Shown here: positions 1 to 13,437 of the stretch, in pieces
How positions within the stretch are numbered: position 1 is the first letter of the stretch
Layout: every line of letters begins with the position of its first letter
From: Octopus vulgaris
Taxonomy: Eukaryota
DNA: 64,000 nt
Reading direction: 5' to 3'
Assembly: GCA_951406725.2 (NCBI GenBank)
Contig: OX597830.1
Coordinates: forward strand, 14,694,001 to 14,758,000
Notes under the pieces: generated by a model
The model's input: the letters and a program-made list of their open reading frames with translations, nothing else
Databases searched by the model: none
Told to the model about the DNA's origin: nothing
Made by a program: the position numbers and the translations under genes

Positions 1-309
1 AGCCCAAAGGAGGAACAGTTCTGTGTGCGAATGCAATGTGTTGTTGGTTGTGTTTTGTGAAATATGCAGTTCCGTTGTTCGTAACAAACAGAAATACAGA
101 AGACAAACAGGTTTAAATGACTGACCATGTTGATTCAATTGTTGAACCGTACGAAATGCGAAGATAGGTTGCTGAGATTCTCATAATCGCCGAGTCGTTA
201 CTCGCCTTTCGGGAGCCACCCACATAATTTTCGTGATATAGTATGCATATCAAATTGGCAGACGAGAATCCGAACTTCGGTTTGACTTGCACTAATATTT
301 ACAGTCAGT

Positions 310-912
310 AAGGCAGCGAGCTGGCAGAAATGTTAGCACGCCGGGTGAAATGCTCAGCGGTATTTCGTCTGCCGCTACGTTCTGAGTTCAAATTCCGCCG
401 AGGTCGACTTTGCCTTTCATCCTTTCGGGGTCGATTAAATAAGTACCAGTTACGCACTGGGATCGATGTAATCGACTTAATCCGTTTGTCTGTCCTTGTT
501 TGTCCCTTCTATGTTTATCCCCTTGTGGGTAGTAAAGAAATAGGCATTTCTTCTGCCGTTACGTTCTAAGTTCAAATTCCGCCGAGGTCGACTTTGCTTT
601 TCATCTTTCGGGGGTCGATAAATTAAGTACCAGTTACGCACTGGGGTCGATATAATCGACTTAATCTCTTTGTCTGTCCTTGTTTGTCCTCTTTATGTTT
701 AGCCCCTTGTGGGTAGTAAAGAAAAAAGAAACGTTAGCACGCCGGGTGAAATGCCGAGCGCTATTTCGTCAGCCGTTACGTTCTTAGTTCAAATTCCGTC
801 GAGGTCGACTTTGCCTTTCATCATCTCGGGATCGATTAAATAAGTACCAGTTACGCACTTTGTCCTTGTTTGTTCTCTCTATGTTTAGCCCCCTGTGGGC
901 AATAAAGAAAGA
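310..912 (+). mobile_element. tRNA-derived SINE family A, head-to-tail trimer inside one TSD
   Basis: Head AAGGCAGCGAGCTGGCAGAA, B-box-like GAGTTCAAATTCC, core GCCTTTCATCCTTTCGGGGTCGAT, tail GGGTAGTAAAGAAA. Three units; direct repeat AATATTTACAGTCAGT at 294-309 and 913-928. Confidence 0.9.
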
Positions 913-1879
913 AATATTTACAGTCAGTGATGATAGCCACTTTATTGATGCAGGTCAGATTATGTACGTTCAGCAAACCCACTTGAAAGTACCTGCTTCT
1001 CTATGGCTCTGTAAAGAATATCTAACTGGAAGGTTACTGAGATTCTTATCTCTATTGATAGAGAGGAGTGGTACTGCAAAGCGAACGGAAGGATTATAGG
1101 ATTATTAGAAATTACTGCTATTAGCCTGCGGCATATTAGCTATGGTAGATAATATAGGGGAAAGGAAAGGATGAACGGCGGTTAGTTTTTGCATTATAAT
1201 AAAATGCAAATAAAACACAAATTCCTTCACACAATATCGCCGAATCACAACTAACAAAACAGAAAACAGCTTAAGAAAAAAGAGAATACCTACTTACAAG
1301 TTCTCCAGCATCATGAAATGCTAAATAACAAAACGCTATTTGGACGAGGTGAGGAGAAGAATAACTAGAAGCAAAAAGCATGACATTTTAATGCATATAA
1401 CCTGAACAAGGACATGTAAAGGAACATAGTTTCCGCCTGAAGATCGCAGTTGCGAGAAACTGGAATTGTAAGAAATAAGGAATTCGATGTAAACAGTTAA
1501 AATAACCCGTGAAATATATTGCAGCCTTCACATTTTTTTTCTCCTCAAACCGGAACATACAGATACACATTATGCCTGTGTAGTGAGTTGCCTAATCTGC
1601 ATAAACTGCGCTTTTCATGGTTCATCACTAATTAGGTAGTATGTGCTTTTGTCGAGCAAAGTGTAAATCAAAAAAAAAATTGTAATAAATTAAAATACAA
1701 GCCGTTACTAAGTGATAAATAAGAACGTAAATACATTGGTTCTACTTTACTAATGAATGGGAAAAAAGGATAGGGAGTCTCCTGACGGACTGCTTCGGTG
1801 TTTTTTTTTTATTTTCTAGATATTATTTAACAAGTAAAGAGTTGTTATATTTAGAAATATACAAATCTGGCTATCCATC

Positions 1880-2055
1880 GTCACTACCATTGCCACAATC
1901 ACCACCACCACAACCACCATCACCACCTCCACCACAACCACCACAACCACCACAACCACCACCATCACCACCACCTCCACCACCACTACCGTCACCACTA
2001 CCACCACCACCACCACCACCACCCCTACCATCACCACTACCACCACCATCGCCAT
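1880..2055. repeat. degenerate (CCA)n microsatellite
   Basis: Visible ACC/CCA reiteration; explains the Pro-rich and Val-rich pseudo-ORFs here. Confidence 0.9.
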
Positions 2056-2686
2056 GCTAGCTTTATTCAAAACTGCGTTTTATAACAGTTGACCTATAGT
2101 AATGATGGGGAAGGAAGCCAAGTACATCTTCTCTGAGCAGAGGTCAACAAATCGTTAAATGGTTCGTGACAAATCTTCTTCCATTTTTCTGCACATCATA
2201 TTTTTACATTCATTTTAAACCCAAAATGAGGCTTTCTAATATCTAAATTTATTTCAGCTCCGAGGTATGCGGTTGAACTAAAGTAGGTATTGTTTCATTA
2301 ATGACGGATTATCAGAAGCACAATTATGAGTGTTAGGCAATACATTTCTGTGTTAGTTTAATTTATGACTGCCTTGTATAGTAGCAGATATGTTCTACTT
2401 ATTGGAAAAGGAAGCCGTGCTGTCCTATCTGAGGAACAGTTAACAAACTATGAGATGGCGTATCAAGATACTCACCCGGTCTTCTTATATTTCAATATAT
2501 ATCACTTCTAAACACAGCACAAGTATATATATGTGTATGTGTGTGTATGCATGTATGTAAGTGTGTATATATATACACATACATATATATACTTATGTGT
2601 GTATATACATAAACATATATATACAAACGCATATCTATTCATCTATCTATCTACCGACGTGTGTATATATATATATATATATATAT

Positions 2687-2839
2687 AGCGTGAAGGTGTT
2701 TATAAGCCAATTAAGGAACACGCAAAAACGGACGAAAATATTTTGGAATTAAATTTAAATGTTGAAGTGAATCTAACGATTTTTGTGTGTTTTAAATGGT
2801 CATAAAGACCTTTCACTCTACAATTGTTTCCGTTCCAGA
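2687..2839. mobile_element. Penelope-like terminal-repeat fragment in inverted (fold-back) arrangement
   Basis: GTGAAGGTGTTTATAAGCC... (2690) is the imperfect reverse complement of ...GGTCATAAAGACCTTTCAC (~2800-2817). Same family as 18771-18970 and 49066-49196. Flanked by (TA)n and (AG)n. Confidence 0.55.
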
Positions 2840-2924
2840 GAGAGAGAGAGAGATGAGTATCTATGTACGTGTAATGGATATACTACACACACACACATAT
2901 ATATATAGAGAGAGAGAGTATAAG

Positions 2925-2995
2925 TTTATTCATAAACAAGAATACTGTTGACAGTGACTTCGGGGTTTTGGCCAATTAAGGCATCATCGGAAAGT

Positions 2996-2996
<1 letters not shown>
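2925..2996 (-). mobile_element. Penelope-like end with decayed minimal hammerhead motif
   Basis: Minus strand reads GACTTTC-CGATGA-TGCC-ttaatt-GGC-CAAAAC...GAAGTC, followed by AATAAA. Confidence 0.35.
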
Positions 2997-3381
<385 letters not shown>

Positions 3382-3382
<1 letters not shown>

Positions 3383-4432
3383 TATGTTTGCTTTTTGCTT
3401 TGCATTTGTAAAGTTAACTCCAAGTTTCACCCAGAGACCTCAAGAGACAAGTTAGAAGTTGGTGTTATGATTAGAGTGCTATATATATATCTATATATAT
3501 ATTTATATGGTCTTCTAGAGAATGTCTGTCAAAACATAAGTAGATTAGAATTTTGCTTTAAAAGTAATTTGATTATAAGATGATAGCCTGATGTTAAGAT
3601 GACACCAAAAAGTGTTTGCTGTTATGTACATTTTACATTATTTACGGATTGAAATATTTTTGGAATTATATAGACAATATTTTAATAAGATATGGGCAGT
3701 TCCCATGATCACTATTTTTAAATTGCTTCCATTTCTGGATTCCCCCTCTTGCTATCATTCCTAGAACACCAATGACAACAAGTATTGTTTTAGTCTTGAT
3801 GTTCCACAGTTTGCCAATTTCTATTTTTATACTTGCTCAGTTATTAGTAGGTCTTAAGAGAGACATTTAGGTCGATTGGGACGGTCATATCGATGAGGTG
3901 GTATGATTTTTATCTGAAATCCTTCAATATAATGTCTAACCTATTTGTATCTATCTTTCTGTCAGTTTGAACGGTGAAGTTCCAAAGGAGTGAGATTTCG
4001 TCATTTTCAAGCAGTGGCGATAGTTTGTGTTCCTACACATTTTGCCAATTTCTCTTTCCAGATCTTTATAATTGCTTAGTTTTTGGTAGGTCTTGAGAAA
4101 TACATTTATGTTGATTGAGACGGTTATATCGATGAGGTGGTTTGATTTTTATCTGAAATCCTTCAATATAATATCTAACCTATTTGCATCTATCTTTCTG
4201 TCAGTTTGAACGGTGAAATTCCAAAGGAGTGAGATTTTGTCATTTTCAAGCAGTAGCGATAGTTTGTGTTCCCACCTGTTTTTATCATGGGACAGGTCCA
4301 AGTCTTTGCTAATTACCCAGTGAATATAGTGCGCTGCTCTATCATGCCTTTTGAGACACTCTGTAGGCGCAAGAAGACTGTACATGGAGACAACATAATC
4401 GATGGTTTCATTTTGTTGTTTAAATATACTTA
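3382..4432 (-). mobile_element. R4/Dong-clade non-LTR retrotransposon 3' fragment (RLE domain), with ~239-bp internal tandem duplication
   Basis: Peptide ETIDYVVSM...KRHDRAAHYIHW...LLWNFTVQTDRKIDANRLDIILKD matches the zinc-knuckle-adjacent RHD and PD..D restriction-like endonuclease motifs. 3810-4032 is repeated at 4041-4272. Confidence 0.85.
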
Positions 4433-4440
4433 TTAATCTT

Positions 4441-4660
4441 AAGGCGGCGAGCTGGCAGAATCGATAGCACACCGGGTGAAATGCTTATCGTTATTTCGTC
4501 TGCCGCTACGTTTTGAGTTCAAATTCCGCCGAGGTCGACTTTACCTTTCGGGGTCAACAAAATAAATCCGACTGAGGTCAACTTTGCTTGTCATCCCTTC
4601 AGATTTTTTTTAAAGTATCCCCCTCCCCCAAAATTGCTTCCCTTGTGGAAATACAGGAAA
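4441..4660 (+). mobile_element. SINE family A (rearranged/partial)
   Basis: Starts AAGGCGGCGAGCTGGCAGAA; truncates the adjacent LINE fragment. Confidence 0.85.
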
Positions 4661-5329
4661 CCATTGTGAATGTGTGGTTGTTTTGTAATGCAAGTAAGTA
4701 CCTCTCTTCAGTTAGATAATTCAAAATATCCTCTTTTTTTTGGTTTAGAATGTTGTGATACTGATACTATGCTCCTTCATGGTGGGACCTTTATTAAATA
4801 GTATATTCATTCCCTCTAGGACGCAGAGGTGGAATCAGTTCCAAACCTTTGAAGAAAAAGCAAGTTTCAATTCATAAATACAACCTCAAATCTCCTGTTC
4901 ATAATTAAATCTGCGAAAATTTTCATTATAAGCTAATCATCTATTTTTATTTACTTATTTATTTATTTATTTAGTTATTTTGCAATGAAACTCATAATTA
5001 CAAAAAAAGCAAGCACCAAATCGAAACGCGGTTACAAATAAATTTTGATACTTCAGTAATAATAATTCTCAGACACATGAAAAAATAAAACGTAAAATAT
5101 CATTTGAATCAATAAATGTAAACGTATCGATAAGCATTTCTTCCACTTATTTGATCATCGCTTTCCAAAATACTATAAAATAGTTGAGATAGTGTTAAAT
5201 TTAATGTCTGTTGTACTCGTAATATAGTAAAAGAATTAGCATACCCCAATTATAAAAAGTGACTGTGTGGTATGATGTATACGTGTACACGTACATATAT
5301 TCGTATGCTTATTCCTGCATCGATATATT

Positions 5330-5360
<31 letters not shown>

Positions 5361-5656
5361 ATATATATCGTGTGGCATCGTCCGTTTTTTCTGTCCCTGT
5401 TTTGTATACATTCGATCCTTTTTCCAAGAAATCTAATGCTCGTAGCTTAGTTTTTCCTTGGGGCTGGCCGGATCGGAGGGATCTCAAGATTAATCAGCCG
5501 AAATTGCGAGGATGATCCGGTTCTTGACTGAAGATTGAAGGCTTCGAATGTCCCGTCCGTGTTTTTTGTATCGTCTTCTAAATGTTTTGCGTTCTTGTCC
5601 TAGTCCTAGTTTGTATTTTTTTACATATACATATACATATACATATATATATATAT

Positions 5657-5820
5657 GTCGTTACGTTCTGAGTTCAAATTCTGCCGAGGTCGACTTTGCC
5701 TTTCATCCTCTCGTGGTCGATAAATAAAGTACCAGTTTCGCACTGGGTCGATGTAATCGACTTAATCCCTTTGTCTGTCCTTGTTTGTCCCCTCTATGTT
5801 TAGCCCCTTGTGGGGGAAAT
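5657..5820 (+). mobile_element. SINE family A, 5'-truncated
   Basis: GTTACGTTCTGAGTTCAAATT...TTAGCCCCTTGTGGG. Confidence 0.85.
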
Positions 5821-5831
5821 ATATATATATA

Positions 5832-5882
<51 letters not shown>

Positions 5883-6284
5883 AGCTTAGAGAAGAAACGA
5901 AACGAAACGAAACGAATCGAATCGAATCGACGCGAGGGCGCTCAGTCATACAATAGTGTAATAAATAAAATATATGCATACATACAAACATATATGTACG
6001 TACCTACATCTACATGTATATATACATGCATATATAAATATATATACGTGTGTACAGGACACCACAAATAGACGTAGAACTCAACGAGAAACGAAAAAGT
6101 AAAAACAGCATGGAACGGACCATTTTTTTAACAACGAAAAAACAGAGTACAAGACAACTACACAAGGAAAAATCCCCTTCATCAGCTGTCCCTAGTTCAA
6201 TTCCAGCGTATTTCGAAGGTGAGGACAGAACACGTCTCGTCGAACTAGTCCTTCAAATCTGTAGAAAACAAGACGAAGACAGGT

Positions 6285-6400
6285 AAGGGAACATGAAGCA
6301 GGTGTGTTAGTTTTACGTTCGGGAAGAATGAAAATCTCTGATGTTTTGAGCCTACGCACTTCGACAAAAAGAGATGTGAGGAAAATAATGGAGTGGGAAT
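6285..6400 (-). mobile_element. degenerate copy of the hammerhead-bearing short element (family of 52058-52248)
   Basis: Minus strand TTTTTGTCGAAGTGCGTAGGCTCAAAACATC resembles CTTTCTGTAGAAGAGCGTAGGCTCGAAACGTA. Confidence 0.55.
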
Positions 6401-7299
6401 GAAAAAACTGGAGAGAGAAAAAGCATTATGGGGATTAACATGAGATAATCGGAAGAAGATACATACATACGTGTGGGGGGATGGAGGTGTGTGCATGTGT
6501 GTGTGTGCATATGTATATCTATATTGTACGTATTCACACCTAGATTTTTTTGCAGACAATTGCAGATGCAAGTGCTACCAGTTGAAAGCTCCGCATACCG
6601 GATGCTAGCAAGTTTATGGTGTCATCAGGAGAGAATGCGTGCATTTATAAATGTTTGAAAATGCAAGTATTTGGAAATGATAAAAATAACCCCTTGCGCT
6701 TCTGTTAAGTGAATATCTGTTACGTGGCTGTGATAGGTCATTTTTCTTAAGGTTGATTATGTAAATGATAGGGAGATGAAAATGTGACCAAAAGGAAAAT
6801 GAATGAACGAAGATGAAAAATATATAATAGGCCGGAAGTGGGAGAAATATAAGGATAAGTGTTATCAATACATCAACAAGATGAGGTGGAAGTGGAGATA
6901 TTTCTCACCGAAGTGCGGTGCTGCAGAAATAAGAACATGGAATAGAGACATGAAGAAAAATGTAGAAAGAAATTGAGTTGTCATCTTTGTTAAACGATTG
7001 GTTTATTATTACACAACAGGAACAACTTGACTTGAAGAAATGATACACTCGTACTATGTAATTGTTTACATAAAGCTAAATATTTGTGTAGTTTTTAAAT
7101 GGCAGATCAGATTCACCACAGAAAACTGTCAACAAAAGTTTCTCACACTCTAACATCTGTATGCTTCTTCTTTCTTTTCCTTGTGTGTGTGTTGTGTATG
7201 TGATGTGTGCGTGCGTATGCATGCCTTTGTGTGAACCGTTATTTTACCTTTTCGCTGTCATGGTGCAGATAGTTTTAATTATAATTATTATTATTCTGT

Positions 7300-8450
7300 T
7301 TTATATATTTTATTACGTTCTTTCACAGAACTGTCGAGCACATCTCTGCGTACCTTAGATATGTAATGTTGTATGTTTCAGTGTTATCATTTGTACGGCT
7401 GTGAAAGTGTTTTAAGTAGGATGTGTGCAGTGCCTAGCAGTTCTATTTTTTATACATTATGTATATTTGTAAATTTTTGTGTTTTGATAATGTATTTATC
7501 AGTATGTTTTTTAACCATACCTAATGCACCTATCATTATAGGGATTATTTCTACCTTTAGCCTCACACTGTCTTCTGTTGGGACTAATATGCTGATTAGA
7601 AGGCATTTTCTTTTCATGGTGGTCCCTGACAACAATATCTGACCTATTAGCCTTGAGCTGTGTGTGTGTGTATCGTCATATCTCAGAATATGACTGCTTT
7701 GTCATTTTCAGAGACCTTTGCTGAGATATGTTTATACCATCCTCTTCCCGTTGTCATTCCGTAGTACTGGCACAGTTTCCAGTGTATATAACTTCCAGCT
7801 CTGATATGTCTCTCGAAATATTTCTTCATGACCAGGACTGGCCAACCAGAAACACTATGACTTATAGTTTCATCACGATCTCCACATATTCTGCAGATGC
7901 TTATTCTTGATCTTCACTATATGTTGGTTTCTTAAAGGGAGATTCTGACATTGTGCTGCTATTAAAAATCCATCCTTCAGTCTTTGTTTTAAGTCCCGAA
8001 CTTCTCAGTGTTGGGATTTTACATTATCTGTTTCTTTTCTTTTTAGCTTATCCCAGTATTTTCCATATAAGGGCTTTTCTTGCTATCGTTTTATCATGAT
8101 TTTCGTTTCGGTTTTAGCTTAGTCTTTCGTTGATTTATTGCTTTTGACATTTCTCCATAGTTGTCAGAGGCATTACAACCTCTTTATATTTTCGGTAACG
8201 TTGAAGATAGAGAAGTGTTTTGTTTTTGCTTATACTTTGTGGCTATTTGTATCAGTTTTCGTTGGTTCTGTAATCCTATGGGGCATATTTTCTAGTTGTT
8301 TTATAGTTGCATAAGGCCTCCACAACCTTCAATCCCTTTTATACATAATGTTTCTATATCAGATTTTGGTCTGTGTATTCTAAATTCAATCTTTATTTTC
8401 CTTTCCTGCATAGTTTGGCTACGTCATTTAGCGTTCAGTTAACAATATTA
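7300..8450 (-). mobile_element. decayed R4/Dong-type LINE 3' half (second subfamily)
   Basis: Minus-strand peptides KPLYGKYW, RICGDRDETISH, SYIHWKLCQYYG and KVEIIPIMIGALGMVKK; many stops and frameshifts. Confidence 0.75.
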
Positions 8451-8514
8451 TAGCATCACGGATGTCATCATCACCATCACCACTAAAACCACCACCACCA
8501 CCACTTCTCCACTT

Positions 8515-9258
8515 CTCACCCGGAGACCTCAAGAGACAACAAGTTAGAAACTCATGTTGGTGTTATGCCTAGGATGTCATATATTTGGTTTTGCACATAG
8601 AATTGTTCCAGAGAATGTTTAAGAAATCATAAGGAAATTATGAGTTTGTTTTAAAATATGAGATTACATAGACAGTATTTTATGTAGGATATGGGCAGTT
8701 CTCAAGAGCAATATCTTTTGAATTTCTACCATTTTGGGGTTTCCTTGTATCTGAGCTAGGTAGGAATCAGGTTCCACTTTTTGCCAATTTCTTTTTCAAG
8801 ATCTTTATACTTGCTCAGTTTTTGGTAGGTTTTGACAGATAACTTTATATTAATTGGGACAGTCAATGAGGAGGCATGATTTTTGTTTGAAGTCTTTCAA
8901 TATGATGTCTGGCCTATTCGCATCTATCTTTCTGTCAGTTCCAGACGAGTGAGATGTGATCATTTTCAAGCATGGAGCAGGTCCAGGTTTTTGCAGATTA
9001 CCCAATGAATATATTTTGCTTCTCTATCATGCCTGTTGAGATACTCTGTAGGCTCAAGAAGACTGCACATGGAGACAACATGATCAATGGTTTCATTTTG
9101 TTGTTGACATACACGACATGTCGGGCAGCTGCCGTTCTTTAATATGTTGGTCTGATAGTTTCTTGTAGGTAGGCATTGATCTTGGGCTGATATCATAAAC
9201 CCTTCTGTTTCTGATTTTAAGCCAGAGGCCACTAACCATTGATGGGTAAGGGCTTTTT
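8515..9258 (-). mobile_element. R4/Dong-clade LINE 3' fragment
   Basis: THQWL..SGLKSETEGFMISAQDQCLPTRNY...CRVCQQQNETIDHVVSMC...RHD, DANRPDII; 3' UTR shared with 3382-3480. Confidence 0.9.
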
Positions 9259-9259
9259 T

Positions 9260-9733
9260 GCCCCAATACACGTTTGGCCGAACTGGAGCGTTTACTCTAG
9301 CGCTTCCTATGGAAAGCGCGTGTTCCACTTCTCAGACAGCCCATAGCCCTCATAGGGGTGGGCTTGGCGTGCCGTGGATGCTAGTGTGCAGACATACGCT
9401 AGGGCTACGCCTCTTACAGATTTTCCCGGACGGTGAGCCGACGTGGTCTCCGTTCGCAAGACAAGCCTTTCCGCCGCTCATCTCTTTGACGGAGCAGCAA
9501 TCCTGGGTCAGGAAAAGACGAGCCTGGGTGTCTGACATCTGGGATGTCGTCAGGCGTTAACTGTTTTCTGCCAGCCGAGCAATACGGTCGGTGGAAGTTT
9601 TACGGTAGCTATATATAGAAATCTAATGATGGATGAGAGCGATGACATTGTCAGGGAAATTTTAAGTGTTTACAAGAATGAGCTAGATTGTCTGTTTCGG
9701 AGGATTTTCGGGCCCGGTATTACTATGAATGAG
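9260..9733 (+). mobile_element. Tx1/L1-clade LINE ORF2 fragment (post-RT region)
   Basis: GC-rich segment encoding PHRGGLGVPW..RHTLGLR, a GGLG motif typical of the region after the RT domain. Confidence 0.6.
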
Positions 9734-9975
9734 GCGAGCTGGCTAGGCGGCGAGCTGGCAGAAACGTTAGCACGCCGGGCGAAATGCTTAGCGGTATTTC
9801 GTCTGCGTTACGTTGTGAGTTCAAATTCCGCCGAGGTCGACTTTGCCTTTCATCCTTTCGGGGTCGATAAATTAAGTACCAGTTACGCACTGGGGTCGAT
9901 GTAATCGAATTAATACTCATGTCTGTCCTTGTTTGTCCCCTCTGTGTTTAGCCCCTTGTGGGTAATAAAGAAATA
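9734..9975 (+). mobile_element. SINE family A, full length with 18-bp TSD
   Basis: GGTATTACTATGAATGAG at 9716-9733 and 9976-9993. Confidence 0.92.
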
Positions 9976-10311
9976 GGTATTACTATGAATGAGTTTCTTG
10001 TCAGGAGGACTGCATCATTCCTGCTATCAAGTACTTTGTATACTGTGTATTGCATTTTATCACCTTCTCCATTTCTTTCTTCCCATCCTTTATATAAATC
10101 CTCACACAAATTGTCATCTGTCCTAGTGGTATCTCCATCATCTGCGCCACTATGGCTAATAAAAGAACTTTACCTTTGACCCTTCAGAGTCGATAAAACA
10201 AGTACTACTTGAACACTGGGGGAGGGGGGAGGTTGATGTAATTGACTTCCCCCATCAAAATTATTATTATGATTATTATTATTGTTGTTGTTGTTGTTGC
10301 TATTACTATTA

Positions 10312-10731
10312 GATCTTTTCGGTTTGAACGGCAGTTTTTAACATAATTTCTGGGTAACTAAACACTTTTAAACTTCGTATACTGGTAGAATGTGTTTATA
10401 AAACATCTTTTTCTCTTGGCTTTATGGAGAAAATTCTATAGTTTGTAGGATATTCGTTGTTCTTTCTTCAATTTCTGCAATTTCAACCAATCAATGATGT
10501 CTATTGAGGTAAACAACATTCTGTGCCGTATGAATATATCCCTCGTTTAAGAAACAGATTGGGTTTATTTACATTTGTGAAGAAAAAAAGATACCCTTCC
10601 CCCCACCCCTAACCCTAACTAACCCTAACCCTAAGATTGAAATGCAATAGATCGATACTAGGGTCATAATTAAGGGTGACAATTTCATATGACACCGCTA
10701 GAAAAAACTGCCGTTCAAACCGAAAAGATCC
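10312..10731 (+). mobile_element. MITE with ~28-bp TIRs and internal (CCCTAA)n
   Basis: Left GATCTTTTCGGTTTGAACGGCAGTTTTT, right AAAAACTGCCGTTCAAACCGAAAAGATC. Telomere-like repeats at ~10607-10634. Second full copy at 28664-29094. Confidence 0.9.
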
Positions 10732-10743
10732 TTATTATTATTG

Positions 10744-10807
<64 letters not shown>

Positions 10808-11130
10808 ATTATTATCATTATCATTATTATTATTAAATTCTGCCGAGGTCGACTCAGCCTTTCATCCTTTCAGGGTCGATGAAATAAGTACCAGTTAGCC
10901 CTCTCCCTCCAAATTTTCAGGCCTTGTGCCTATAATAGAAATAATAATAATCACCATCATCATCATCACCATCGTCATCATCATCATCATCATCATCATC
11001 ATTATTTTCTGTGTGCACATTAGCGGATATGCGTGTGATTTTGTGAGCACGATTCTCTGTTATAGAACATAATTATGAAGTGAGAAATGCAGTTTGCTAT
11101 TTGCATCCTTTACATACACCCAACCTCTTA

Positions 11131-11178
<48 letters not shown>

Positions 11179-11619
11179 TCTGTGTGGTTGAACGTTATTA
11201 CATTCTAGTAGCGGTCATTGTGTCCTTGGAACCAGATAGATGGAGGAAAGTAGAAGGTGTTTCATACATTGGCGGACATCGTCTGTGTCCACTACGAATA
11301 GCCATAATTGAAACTATAGATGCAGTTGCCTAGTAATGGTCAAGTATATATCGATGTTTGCAATGGACAGCCTGCGGTAGTGTTGGCTAAAATGCTGGAC
11401 AAAGAATCACATTCTCATATAAAATGGCAATGAAAAGGAAGAGGGCAGTAAGAGGGAGATTTGTAATGTCGTTGTAAGGAGCGGGAGGTGGTGTGTTCGG
11501 TGTTTGGGGAGTTAGAAGGGGACAGGCAGACTGGCGTTTGTCATATTATTACAACGATGGCCTTTCTTTCAGGCGGTATACTCATTGCATTCCTTACAAC
11601 TGCTTCAATTCCTACTCGC

Positions 11620-12050
11620 CACCATCATCACCATCATCATTATCATCATCATCATCATCATCGTCGACGTCGTCCACAGCAGCTCCACCACCACCACGAA
11701 TACCACTACCACCACCACCGGCATTGCAATTTTATCACATTGCAATACTTGTGCTGGTAGTGGAGGTAATGATGGAGGTTGAGATGGTGGTGGTGGTGGT
11801 GGCAGCGGTAGTGGTAGTGATGGTAATGCTGGTGGTGGCGGCGGCAGCAGCGGTGGTGGTAGTGGTGGTGGTGGTTGTGGTAGCGGTGGTGGTAGTGATG
11901 GTGGTAGTGTGGTAGTGGTGGTGGTGGTTGGTGGTGGTGGTGGTGGTAGTGATGGTAGTGATGGTAGTGGTGGCGGCAGCAGCGGTGGTGGGAGTGGTGG
12001 TGTAGTGGTGGTGGTGGTGCTGAATGTGGTGGTGGTGCTGGTGGTGGTGG
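11620..12050. repeat. (CAT)/(CCA) then (GGT)n degenerate microsatellite block
   Basis: Direct inspection. Confidence 0.9.
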
Positions 12051-12331
12051 CTTTTCTTAACAACTACCTTTACTGGAGCTGATGAGAAAGCCTCTAGGTG
12101 CTCCCTCGACAAGCTAGAAATAACAGCAGAATTTAACTTTAAGTTAACACTCCGCCAACTTAGTATATAAAAGAAGGACATATTGGCAATAGATTCCTAG
12201 ATACACTGACTAAAAAAAATAAACGACATCGTAACGCTGGATGAAACACCTATCATATATATATACTTCATTCGAGATGATTCGAGATCAAACAACCCCA
12301 GCCACCTTCACAACTGCTGATGTTACTACTG

Positions 12332-12364
<33 letters not shown>

Positions 12365-13437
12365 TAATTCAACTTAGCATAATACTCCATCGCTACAACA
12401 GTACAGCAAAATTTCCCAGGGTTGTTTAAGAGTCACTCCTTACTGCGTGCCTCTATTTAATTTTGAAACATTCTCAATATCCGAGTTTTCTTCTTTATTC
12501 TTCTTTAAAAGAAATTCTATTAAATCTAATTATATTTCTTCCCATTATATTGATTAAATATTCCTTTTGGCTCCCTATGCGACCCCAAACTTAACTATAT
12601 CCATTCTTAGAGAAATATTCCACAGAATATTATAATGGTTATTGTTCTGAATAACCTTACCTGTAACAGCTGAAACTTCAATCGTGAACCAACGACACTG
12701 CTTCTATGTGGTCACTGGCCTTCCAGAAATAGTAGTCAAATCTTCAGGTACTAGTGTCTTTAAAAAAGAAAGAAAGCACTGGATATTTTACTCCAAAATA
12801 TGCAAATAAGTGGGATAAGCCATTTCTGGAAAGCCTTTAATCAACACCCTAGTATGCTCCAACACACCAAAATGCTACATCGTTACAACGCTTCAATAGA
12901 TTCAAACACAAAAGCCATTTTAGTAATTTATCAAAGCGCATGCGTGGTTTTTGTGGTAGGAAGTTTGCTCCTCACTGCGAGGCACCTTTGACAAGTGTCT
13001 TGTACTATATAGCCTCGGACCGATCAAATACTGGGATCGATTCGTTCGAATAAAATTCTTCAAAGCGGTGCCCCAGCATAGCTGCAGTCAAATGATTGAA
13101 ACAAGTAAAAGACTAAGAATAAACCACTGCTACACCAAAATTGAAATACAATCGTGCTTTATACATTTCCGACACTATTTTAGTCTCCTCAAACACACCA
13201 CTAACAACACTAAACTAATACGCTAGAAAAGTTCACCAATACATTCCAACACACCACTACCATCTACCATCGCTATACTACACAAATATACTTTAATACT
13301 ATGCGAATACATGAACAAAAATACTATTCCTTGTGCTTTTGCAACATACTATTACTCGACGCCATTGTAATAGTCTCCATTTGAAGGCATTTGGCTTAAT
13401 GGTGAGGGTGTTCGACTCACGATCTTCACGCTCGTGA

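Noticed and set aside
1298-1401. Possible minus-strand exon (CAG acceptor ... GTAAG donor)
   Set aside because: Splice-like dinucleotides only; no convincing peptide or partner exons.
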